Source: Candidatus Obscuribacterales bacterium (GTDB lineage: Bacteria; Cyanobacteriota; Vampirovibrionia; Obscuribacterales; Obscuribacteraceae). Taken from it: a DNA stretch of 64,000 bases. Shown in pieces: positions 36,658-45,239 of the stretch. The first letter of the stretch is position 1; each line of letters begins with the position of its first letter. Under the pieces are notes generated by a model. It saw nothing but the letters and a program-made list of their open reading frames with translations, was not told where the DNA came from and ran no database searches. Location: the NCBI GenBank assembly GCA_965228855.1, contig CBDDIJ010000003.1:2528001-2592000 (forward strand), read 5' to 3'. A program made the translations under genes and the position numbers.

Positions 36658-39600
36658 ATGGCACGGGACGAAGACAGTAACGGCAATGGCAATGGCAACG
36701 GAAATGGAAAGTCTGGAAGACAAGACTCGCCGCTCTCCGCTCGCAGAGCCCGTCTACGCTCATTAGCGAAACAGGCGCTGCCGCCGGATCCTTACTCAAA
36801 AAAGCAGGATGCGGAAGGCGAAGATCCAGCCGCGGGATTTGAATTTGCCGATCAGCAAGGAGCCGCGAGCGGAGCCGTCTCGCAGCCACAGCAGCCTACT
36901 CAACAGAATCCCGAACCCTGGCTCGATGAGGCCATGAAAGCAATCACCCAGGCTCCCACACAGGAAGGCGCGGTTCAGCAGCAACCACCTGCGATGCCAG
37001 TCGGTCACGATCCGAACATGCTCGGGATGCAGTCTCAGATAGGCGACGCGGGCTTTGCAGCAAGCGGCACCTACGGGCAATTTCCGCAAGAAAACCCATT
37101 TCCACCCGACCACTTCAACCAGGGTCAAGCGCAGTTTCCATCACCGCAACAACAGTTTCCGCAGGAACAGCCTCCGTTTCCGCAAGATCCGGCTCAGCAC
37201 TTCGGACAACAACCTGACATGAGCCAGTATGCGGTTTCAACGGCTCAAACAGCCCCTGTGACTCCTCCACCCAACCCCGCGGCGGCAGATATCTTCGGCG
37301 AACAGGATGGAGAATCCTTCGAAAGTTTTATGCAGGGTCCTCCCGAGGCTCCTACAGCCTTCATGGGGATGTCGCAGGAGCCGGCCGGTTATGGTCAGAT
37401 GCCTGCCACGCCGGTGATGCCGACAGAGCCATCGACAGGGTTGGCTCAGGAACAGCCTGTTGAACCACTTCCACAGTCGACATCGCAATCGATTGAGGTT
37501 TCCTACCTGCCCAACTCAAGCGACAAAGATTTCGCGTCAAGTTTGGATCTGGACTATGGAGATCTCGATGATTCCAAGGTTTCAGGCGAAACTGACTCCG
37601 TGACGTCTGAGACAGCCGGAGATGCACCTCCTTCCGAATCCGGTGGAGACTCCGATGCGGAACTGGAAAGCCGACCGTGGGAAGTGAATAAGCCAGGTCC
37701 CGGAAAGATTGAGGATGCCTGGTCCGCGGAAGATGATGGCACAAAAACAGTTGCACGCAATTTGGTGACGGAACCGCCCCGTGAACCTATACCTGCCAGA
37801 GAGGAAGAAGCGCCCAAGGAGCCGGCACCAGCCCCGAAGAAAAAGAGCCGGCGCAAATCTGATCCGGACGAGGTCTCGGAAAAAGCACCAGAGTTAAAGG
37901 CTTCTGATGAAGCGGACGAGCTGGGCTCGGAGAATTCGGAGAGTTCGGAGTCCGGCGAAGTAGAATTACAAAAAACTGAACGAAGACCAGCTCACTCAAA
38001 GAAGGTCGAAGAAGAAGAGAAGCCCGAACAGCAAGAAAGAGCAGAGAAGAAATTGCAAGACCCATCGCCTTCGACTGCGGACTCGCCATCAGGGTCTGTA
38101 GTTCCTGTTGAACTCCTCACGAAGTCACAAGCAGAAGCGCTGGAGTTGCTAACCTCAATCGACCAGGCGCTCGGTATCTGCGCAATGAATTTATCCTCGC
38201 TGCAGAGCGCGTCGATAGAACAGACCGACGTCATTAAGAACCTTCGCGAGACTCTTCAGAATCAAACATTTTTTGAACTGGGATTGAACCTTAACACCTT
38301 GATGGAATCCATGTCAGCCGCTCTCGAGCCGATGAAGGCAGTGGGCGAATTGGTTCCAGCCATCGATCAGCTGGTATCGACAATGGTGGCACAGGAGGAG
38401 GTCAAAAAGGAAACGCGTCTCAGCCCTGACAAGCTGGTCATGAGCCTTGCCGACCAACTCGGAAACGGTCAAATCGATCCATGGACGTTTAAATGTGCAT
38501 ACATGGCGGTCTATCCGGACGAGCATCCTGCCGATTTGCTTCATCGTCTCGTCGACCTGCTAGGCACCCAGAGACTATCGGGCGACATGTTCCGCGCCGC
38601 CTATGACGCGGTTCAAGCAGCTGAACCACCGCGTCGCGTAATGAATGGCGACAAGGAAGTAATTGAAGTCGTCAAGGAAGTAATCAAGGAAGTAGAAGTC
38701 GTTAAGGTTGTTCCGGACGAAGAGGTTCTTCGACAGCTTGAAGACTTGCGGCGAGCCAATGATGACCTCAAAGCTCTCGTCGACGCTAAGGATTCCGATG
38801 TCGGGACCAAGTTCGAGGAGCGCGAGCGTGAGATGTCTCAGCGCCTCGAAGAGAAAGAGCAAGAGCTGAACAAACGCCTCGGCGAGCGCGAAGCGGAGTT
38901 CGCAGAACTGCTCGCTTCCAAAGAGCACGAAATTCAAGAAACACAAGAGATGCTGCATTCGCGGTTCGAAGAATTCAATTCGCGATATGAGGAAATGGTC
39001 GAGACCGTCAACCAGAGAGACGAAGAGCTCAAGGTCAAAGACGATGACCTGATGCGTAAGGAATCTGAGATCACGCAACTCAAAGCTCAACTCGATGAGC
39101 TCAAGGACTCTTTCAAAGAAACCGTAGACAATTTACAAAAGCAACTGACTACCACCCAGAAAGCCGCTCAAGAAGCCAGCATGCAAGCACAAGCGGTGGC
39201 AAAACCGGAAGAGCCCCAAAAGCCGGCTTCAAACTTCTTCGACACCGAAGCCAACAAGCCCGCACCAACAGGCAATTTCCTGGACAGCCCCCAGGCTCAA
39301 CGACCGCTGTTCCAAAATCAGATGGATACGTTCAACAGCATGTCAAAGGCTCCGCCCAGCCAACCAGGTGGACCACCCACGCCTGGCGGACCGCCTAGCG
39401 AACCCAAACCGTTCGGCGGAGGCGCTCCGCCTACCGCTCCAATGCCGGAACCATCGAACCAGGCAGTACCAAAACCTCCGCAGCCATCGCCCGGCATGAG
39501 CTCACTGACAGGCACGGGCAGCTACGGAAGTGGCGTGCGCGCACAGGTTTTCGAAGTCATAGTACGCCAGGCGCTTGCGGGCGCGCCGTGGCGCGAAATC

Positions 39601-39687
39601 TGCGCCGGTCCAATGAGCGTCAACAACATATCGCCGGACGAAGTTGAATCCGAAGTCAAACGTCGCGAGCAACTGCTCAAGAAATAA
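36658..39687 (+). CDS. Disordered/coiled-coil hypothetical protein (1009 aa)
   Basis: GGAGAAGG RBS; P/Q/E-rich N-half, helical block (IDPWTFKCAYMAVYPDEHPADLLHRLVDLLG), long E/K/L coiled coil, short C-terminal globular motif. Confidence 0.85.
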   Translation: MARDEDSNGNGNGNGNGKSGRQDSPLSARRARLRSLAKQALPPDPYSKKQDAEGEDPAAGFEFADQQGAASGAVSQPQQPTQQNPEPWLDEAMKAITQAPTQEGAVQQQPPAMPVGHDPNMLGMQSQIGDAGFAASGTYGQFPQENPFPPDHFNQGQAQFPSPQQQFPQEQPPFPQDPAQHFGQQPDMSQYAVSTAQTAPVTPPPNPAAADIFGEQDGESFESFMQGPPEAPTAFMGMSQEPAGYGQMPATPVMPTEPSTGLAQEQPVEPLPQSTSQSIEVSYLPNSSDKDFASSLDLDYGDLDDSKVSGETDSVTSETAGDAPPSESGGDSDAELESRPWEVNKPGPGKIEDAWSAEDDGTKTVARNLVTEPPREPIPAREEEAPKEPAPAPKKKSRRKSDPDEVSEKAPELKASDEADELGSENSESSESGEVELQKTERRPAHSKKVEEEEKPEQQERAEKKLQDPSPSTADSPSGSVVPVELLTKSQAEALELLTSIDQALGICAMNLSSLQSASIEQTDVIKNLRETLQNQTFFELGLNLNTLMESMSAALEPMKAVGELVPAIDQLVSTMVAQEEVKKETRLSPDKLVMSLADQLGNGQIDPWTFKCAYMAVYPDEHPADLLHRLVDLLGTQRLSGDMFRAAYDAVQAAEPPRRVMNGDKEVIEVVKEVIKEVEVVKVVPDEEVLRQLEDLRRANDDLKALVDAKDSDVGTKFEEREREMSQRLEEKEQELNKRLGEREAEFAELLASKEHEIQETQEMLHSRFEEFNSRYEEMVETVNQRDEELKVKDDDLMRKESEITQLKAQLDELKDSFKETVDNLQKQLTTTQKAAQEASMQAQAVAKPEEPQKPASNFFDTEANKPAPTGNFLDSPQAQRPLFQNQMDTFNSMSKAPPSQPGGPPTPGGPPSEPKPFGGGAPPTAPMPEPSNQAVPKPPQPSPGMSSLTGTGSYGSGVRAQVFEVIVRQALAGAPWREICAGPMSVNNISPDEVESEVKRREQLLKK

Positions 39688-39693
39688 GAAATA

Positions 39694-39996
39694 CTAGCGT
39701 TGCTGGCTTTCCATCAGGCGTTCGTACTGATGCCAGAGGCGCACGACCGGTTCCAAATTACTCATATAGTGCGCGTTGACCTGAGACGGCAGACTCTGGA
39801 AAGTGGCTAGAATAGTGAAGATTACGAGCCCCAGATTGACCAACGTGCAAAGCACTATGACCGTGCGCGTGAAGCGAAATTGATCGTCCACCTTTTTGCT
39901 GAGTTGGGCGAACTGTTCGTCCCAGGTCTTATCCTTGCTGTCCATTTTTGAAAGACGCTCCCGCACAATTCCGTCGGTCTGTAGTTTGGCTTCCAA
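39694..39996 (-). CDS. Small single-TM hypothetical protein
   Basis: Hydrophobic segment VIVLCTLVNLGLVIFTIL; the real start may be the ATG at 39945. Confidence 0.6.
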   Translation of the reverse strand: MEAKLQTDGIVRERLSKMDSKDKTWDEQFAQLSKKVDDQFRFTRTVIVLCTLVNLGLVIFTILATFQSLPSQVNAHYMSNLEPVVRLWHQYERLMESQQR

Positions 39997-40020
39997 CGAA
40001 TCACGACAATTATGCCACGG

Positions 40021-41649
40021 CTAGTCAAACGTTATGCGCAACACGACAAATCGCCCGTCAGCACTTATATAAACAGGCTCGACGGACTCTTTACAGGTTT
40101 TGTCGAGAGAGGACGCGAGCGAATAAGCTTGCCCTTCCTCCGCATAACCTGGTTGTGGAGTGACGATTAAGAAACGAACCTTATAGCGCCTCAAGGTTTC
40201 TACCAGTTCTTCGACCGTCCCTAACATGAGTTCGGACTGACCGTAATATGCAGCGCCAATATTCAGGTCGTACGGTCTGATGCACTTGCGTCCCGTATAT
40301 AAATACGTGAGACCATCATAAGTACAAGCGAGCGTATCATCATCAGCCGTATTATGTTTTATCCAATCAAACAATTTTTCGAATCCGCTCCAGTCCGCTC
40401 CATTTCGAGGCACCGACATTAGTGGCATCTGATTAGCGTGATTATTTCTGACCACGGCAGTAAGAAAAACAGCATTTGTTGCGACCATTGCCACCGCGAG
40501 TAATACTACGACTAACGACCGCAACTTTACTCGCGCCAGCATAGTTGAAACTGCTCCAAGGAATCCAGCGGAAAGAAAGGGCATCAGCGGAATTAAAAAG
40601 CGAAATGGAGGCCAGGGCCAGAGGATTACGACTATGGCGTAACCGGCGACCAGAGTAGCAAGCGGTTTCATTTGCCGCACACCGGCAACTACTACCACCC
40701 AGGCGAGCAAACCTCCGAGAACGTAAAGAATGAGGTTGTATGGAGTCGGATTTACAGTTTGAGAAACGCCGCAAAACAAAGCCTTTGTAGTTACGGCTAA
40801 CATTTCCTGCAAATTTTTGCACACGACAGCAAACTCGTGAGATATAGCCAGACGCAGAGCCCACTCAATATAGTTATCCTGATAAGACTGAATTCGATCA
40901 GACGCACCGCCGGTTCTCGAGCCAATTCCGAGCAGCATATGGGAAACTGAAGCAAGCGCAGTCAAACTGCATGAGGAAATTAGAATCGGGTTTAGTAAAC
41001 GTCGCCGCCAGAGAACCAGTAATGCCGCTATCGGTGCGACCCAGCCAATCAAGCGAATCGAAGCGGGTGCCGCCACTGCTACGCCCACGAGAACCTGTAC
41101 AATCGGTGACGGGCATCTATTTGCACAATAGCTATCGATTGCCCACAGGCAAACTATTAGACTCAACGCAAACGGCATCTCAGACAACACCTGACCACCG
41201 AAGAATGCAAAGCCCGGAATACTAATACAAATTGCAGCAGCCGAGGCTGCCACCACCCGTGATGCGTATGAGAATCGTACCAAGTACAGATATGAAAGCG
41301 GGAGAAACAGCGAGGCACTGAACACGCTTACAAGTTGGAGCGCAAAAAGATTTTGTGGAAATTGTGGCAGAGCGGTCCAGACCGTTGCCAGAATCAATGG
41401 ATACAAAATCGGGTATTTCATTTGAGCAGGCTCGCCTGGAAAACTCACGATTCTGTATCCATGTCCTTCGGCGAGTGATTTAGAGATAGTTATGTAGACG
41501 GCATCATCATGGAAGGTGCCGGCCACTTCAGGGATACAGAACGCAAACGATACACCGAACATCGAAAGAAAAAGAAGAGCCGCCACAACGAAATCGAGTT
41601 TGTTTAAACTCTGCGCGGTCGCAGCATGCTCATCGTTGAACACAAACAT
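40021..41649 (-). CDS. GT-C fold membrane glycosyltransferase (ArnT/PMT, GT83/GT39-like)
   Basis: Multiple TMs, first loop GTFHDDAVYITISKSLAEGHGY, later LSEMPF, RLIG and WPWPPFRFLIP motifs. Confidence 0.75.
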   Translation of the reverse strand: MFVFNDEHAATAQSLNKLDFVVAALLFLSMFGVSFAFCIPEVAGTFHDDAVYITISKSLAEGHGYRIVSFPGEPAQMKYPILYPLILATVWTALPQFPQNLFALQLVSVFSASLFLPLSYLYLVRFSYASRVVAASAAAICISIPGFAFFGGQVLSEMPFALSLIVCLWAIDSYCANRCPSPIVQVLVGVAVAAPASIRLIGWVAPIAALLVLWRRRLLNPILISSCSLTALASVSHMLLGIGSRTGGASDRIQSYQDNYIEWALRLAISHEFAVVCKNLQEMLAVTTKALFCGVSQTVNPTPYNLILYVLGGLLAWVVVVAGVRQMKPLATLVAGYAIVVILWPWPPFRFLIPLMPFLSAGFLGAVSTMLARVKLRSLVVVLLAVAMVATNAVFLTAVVRNNHANQMPLMSVPRNGADWSGFEKLFDWIKHNTADDDTLACTYDGLTYLYTGRKCIRPYDLNIGAAYYGQSELMLGTVEELVETLRRYKVRFLIVTPQPGYAEEGQAYSLASSLDKTCKESVEPVYISADGRFVVLRITFD

Positions 41650-41667
41650 TCAGGTGCGCCTTACTCA

Positions 41668-42639
41668 TCAAGCTGCATCGTGCGACTGGTCTAGAACCGG
41701 CATCGTCAGGGGATCTTTCCCACATCTCCTCCTGCTGGAGATTTCGCCTGCAATGTGTTTAAAAGAACGCCAGTTGAGTGGAAATTCCAGGTACACATGC
41801 GCGACACTCAAGAAGAGCAAAACGTTCAAACCCATCTTGAAGTCGTACGCATAAGTCGCCATCGCCAGGACGTACAGCACACCTACGGTTGCGATGCCAC
41901 GCTTTGACAACTTATGCCACTGAATGACTTTCGTTTTGGAAAACCAATTCAGATAATGGTATGTGTATGCAAAGGCGACAAGCCTCATTGCAGCAACAAA
42001 GTTATCGTAATTAGCATTCCAGCCAAGCAAATTGCTCAGGCGTCTTTCGATGTAACCGAAAGCCTGAGCGCTTTGCGCGAAGTATGGTGCAAATTTGTAC
42101 CCATTGGCAGTTTGCGGAACAAACAAAAAACTCAGCGTACAAAGAGTGAGCACCGCGACCGATACATAACCGGAAAGCTTGCGTTCTTTCAAGCTCCCCA
42201 GCAGCATGAACAGCCAAGTGAAGAGAAGAACGTGAATCAACGTAGTCAGATACAAGCCGAATAAAAATTCAGTAAAAGTCATCAAGGTGATAACCGGTGA
42301 TAGAACGATGACCGCAGCGATTCCAGCAGCGCGCTTTACCTTGTCTGGTGTTATGACCATAACTAACGCAGAACCGAACGCGATGAAACTTACAATCGCG
42401 AAACCGTAAACCACATGCATCAAACTCACAGCTGTAGCCGCGATTGCAAGAATCCAAAACCACCATGTTGACTTCGAGGACTCAACAAAATAGCCCTTTC
42501 GATTCAGCCACGGAATCTCAGTCAAATAGTGAAGAGGTCCCAGAATGGCGTACGTCACTATGAATAGCTCGAAAGGAATTAAATACGCAAGCACGTATGA
42601 GATCAGGATTAGGATCGTGTTCAAGGCGTTAAGTGACAA
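41668..42639 (-). CDS. Polytopic membrane hypothetical protein with His motifs
   Basis: About 9 hydrophobic segments; LGPLHYLTE, IHVLLF, YTYHYLNWF, AHVYLEFP. TTG start. Confidence 0.75.
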   Translation of the reverse strand: MSLNALNTILILISYVLAYLIPFELFIVTYAILGPLHYLTEIPWLNRKGYFVESSKSTWWFWILAIAATAVSLMHVVYGFAIVSFIAFGSALVMVITPDKVKRAAGIAAVIVLSPVITLMTFTEFLFGLYLTTLIHVLLFTWLFMLLGSLKERKLSGYVSVAVLTLCTLSFLFVPQTANGYKFAPYFAQSAQAFGYIERRLSNLLGWNANYDNFVAAMRLVAFAYTYHYLNWFSKTKVIQWHKLSKRGIATVGVLYVLAMATYAYDFKMGLNVLLFLSVAHVYLEFPLNWRSFKHIAGEISSRRRCGKDPLTMPVLDQSHDAA

Positions 42640-42747
42640 AATAATCGGCCCGAATTTGTTAATCCGGGTTCATCATAACAACTTAAACAGAAGTTGCAAC
42701 TTTTTTCCGTCTCGTGACAAATTCAGCGATTTGCCGATTTTACCCGG

Positions 42748-44214
42748 CTAAATTACCTGAACCCGAGCACTTAAATGCTCTAAGGCTCGCCGTAAGTCAT
42801 CCTCGTCTCGAGGCAAAATCGTCCGAAAGTCTATGTGAACCTTGTCGTCCTGAACGGTAGTGATAATAGGCGTTTCGAAGTTTCGCAAGAATGAAGAGAG
42901 CTTCGCCGACGAAGTCTTTTCGGCGGAAATTTCCAGAGCAAAACTTGGTAGAACCTTTCCAGGCAGACTGCCTCCGCCCAGCGTTGACTGGGATTCGACA
43001 ATCGAAAATTTAATCGAGGATGCTTGCACCGCATTTTCAACTTTAGTTAAAAACCGCTCGAGACGTCCGCGAATATCATCCGCCGGTTGAGAAGCAAGAT
43101 TAATGACCGGGAGAGACTGGGTAGGGCTCGGAGAGAGATACTGCGTAAGCACAATTTCAATCAGAGAGATTATTAGTTTGTCCGCACGCAAAGCGCGATA
43201 CATCGGATCTTTTCGCATGGCGGATACATATTCGCGTTTTCCAGCCACGATGCCGGCTTGCGGTCCGCCGAGCAGCTTGTCGCCAGAAAAGAGAACTACG
43301 CTCACACCACTTTCGATAACTTTATCGACAGTGGGCTCGTAGGCCAGCCCCAGTTTTGAAATGTCGAAAAGTGCTCCACTTCCGAGATCTTCAACAAGTG
43401 GAATTTTTCGAGCTTCGGAGATTTTCACGAGATCATGCAGTTTAGCTTCTTCAGTGAATCCAGTGATCTCAAAATTGGATCGATGGCAACGCATCATCAT
43501 GCCCGTATTCTCAGTAATCGCGTTGGAAAAATCGCTAGCCCGAGTTCTATTAGTCGTGCCGACTTCCTTGAGGGTGCCACCAGCGGCGGTGATTACGTCA
43601 GGAAGTCGAAAACTTCCACCAATCTCGATAAGCTCGCCTCGCGAGACTATTACTTCCTTTCCACGAGCCAGAGCGGAAACGGCCAGCATTACGGCCGACG
43701 CATTATTGTTCACAACGATCGCGCTTTCACTGCCGGTTAAAAGCCCGAGCAGTCGGCTGACCATTGCGGTTCGCTCACCGCGTTTTCCAGTTTCCACATC
43801 GATTTCTAAACTGGTGTAACCCTGCCCAATCTCTGTTAGCTTGTTTAAGGTGGCAAGAGGAAGCGGAGCCCGGCCGAGGTTGGTGTTCAGAATCACACCG
43901 GTTCCATTGATTACCCTTCTCACTCCACCGCGCAACAACGAGCGCGCAGTCTCAGCCACACGACTTGCCACCTCGACAGGCTCAAGTAAAGTCGGGTCGG
44001 ACGGAGCCCCACTGGATTTCTTGCCATTGCTCGACTTTCCGGCTGCCGCAGAAACATCACCTTCGAATTTTTTTCGAAGCCTGGCCAGATCTTCGCGAAC
44101 TAAATCAGCCAGAACATCGCGACGAAAAGAATTCGACAGTTCAGCCAAAATGGGCTCACGCAGAACTCTGTCGACCTGGGGAAATTTGATTGGGTTTAAA
44201 TCTGTTTCGCTCAA
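42748..44214 (-). CDS. selA: L-seryl-tRNA(Sec) selenium transferase
   Basis: VINGTGVILNTNLGRAPL, VVNNNASAV, VSRGELIEIGGSFRLPDV, EVGTTNRT, PLP lysine in FSGDKLLGGPQAG. Confidence 0.93.
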   Translation of the reverse strand: MSETDLNPIKFPQVDRVLREPILAELSNSFRRDVLADLVREDLARLRKKFEGDVSAAAGKSSNGKKSSGAPSDPTLLEPVEVASRVAETARSLLRGGVRRVINGTGVILNTNLGRAPLPLATLNKLTEIGQGYTSLEIDVETGKRGERTAMVSRLLGLLTGSESAIVVNNNASAVMLAVSALARGKEVIVSRGELIEIGGSFRLPDVITAAGGTLKEVGTTNRTRASDFSNAITENTGMMMRCHRSNFEITGFTEEAKLHDLVKISEARKIPLVEDLGSGALFDISKLGLAYEPTVDKVIESGVSVVLFSGDKLLGGPQAGIVAGKREYVSAMRKDPMYRALRADKLIISLIEIVLTQYLSPSPTQSLPVINLASQPADDIRGRLERFLTKVENAVQASSIKFSIVESQSTLGGGSLPGKVLPSFALEISAEKTSSAKLSSFLRNFETPIITTVQDDKVHIDFRTILPRDEDDLRRALEHLSARVQVI

Positions 44215-44529
44215 AATAAAATACCTGTCTCAAAATCTTTCCCAAATTTGCGGAGCAAACCCCCACTCAAAAACCGTGTGACTGATATCAAAGCTCCAGT
44301 GTGCAATAAAGCGAATCGTCTGAAAAATCTCAGACCTCAGGCACATTCAAGAATTTACGACAAATTGCCCGCAAGGGGGTTGTCAGAAGGACGATTTGAA
44401 GGAACAATTAGAGTATGTAGTAAGCAACTGGAGTTTCCATCAGGATTTCGGCGATTACTTTCCGGTTTATCAAATACCGTCGCCGGCTCAACCAACTCCA
44501 CTCACTCCAACAAAGAGGGTTTCAGAAAA

Positions 44530-44787
44530 GTGGGCAAGAGTTTACGTCACCAAACGCTCTACCAGGACAAAGACTGGCTTTACCAGAAGTATGTCAAAGA
44601 AAAGCTCAGCACTGTTCAAATAGCGAAGATTTATCGAGAAGCTGAGAACAAATGGTGTGATCCCAACACCATATCTCGCTGGCTGAAGAAACACGGCATT
44701 AACATGAGGTCACTGGCGGAAGCGCAACAGAATCGCCATATCGTACCTCCGCCCCCGCAGAATACTCGTAAGGCACGCTCACAGTAA
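44530..44787 (+). CDS. Small helix-turn-helix DNA-binding protein (~85 aa)
   Basis: GTG at 44530 preceded by AAGAGGG; YQDKDWLYQKYVKEKLSTVQIAK...TISRWLKKHGI HTH-like pattern. The track's longer start at 44248 is less plausible. Confidence 0.65.
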   Translation: MGKSLRHQTLYQDKDWLYQKYVKEKLSTVQIAKIYREAENKWCDPNTISRWLKKHGINMRSLAEAQQNRHIVPPPPQNTRKARSQ

Positions 44788-44840
44788 CCGAGCCTGAACG
44801 GAGCAGCAAAGCTATAGCGAGCGGTTTCCAAACCGTTCAG

Positions 44841-44868
44841 AACGCAAGGTCTCGGCCTTGCGTTTTCT
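44841..44868 (+). terminator. Rho-independent terminator
   Basis: AACGCAAGG-TCTCGG-CCTTGCGTT followed by TT. Confidence 0.65.
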
Positions 44869-44893
44869 GCAAACTGGCGAATCGATTACAAAC

Positions 44894-45154
44894 CTAACCT
44901 ATAAGACCGCCACTGTTTAAGACGCCGCCGCCCATCATCATTATGGTTAGCAACCACAGAATGACCTCTCGGCCACCGAATAAGTAGAAGGTGCAGTAGG
45001 AGAACATCGACACTGCCGGCAGCCAAAATTTTGGAGCCTCATCTCTGACGGCATGGGCAGCCAGACATCCGGAGATGACCAGAGGAATTCCAAAGAAGCA
45101 TGCGTCGATTAACATGATGATTAGTTGATAGTGACCAGAGACGCGGGAGCGCAT
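44894..45154 (-). CDS. Possible small hydrophobic protein
   Basis: Hydrophobic ORF filling the gap between the HTH gene terminator and rlmB; no recognisable motif. Confidence 0.3.
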   Translation of the reverse strand: MRSRVSGHYQLIIMLIDACFFGIPLVISGCLAAHAVRDEAPKFWLPAVSMFSYCTFYLFGGREVILWLLTIMMMGGGVLNSGGLIG

Positions 45155-45239
45155 ACAGCTGCTTGATTAAGAGGAAACCATGCTTTACTCTCTGTGTCCA
45201 TGGTAGTTTGCCCACAGCATGGGCATTTGGGGTGTTGCA

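Noticed and set aside
44248..44529. N-terminal half of the 179-aa ORF in the track
   Set aside because: TTG start without an RBS inside the selA upstream region; the GTG at 44530 has an RBS and begins the recognisable domain.
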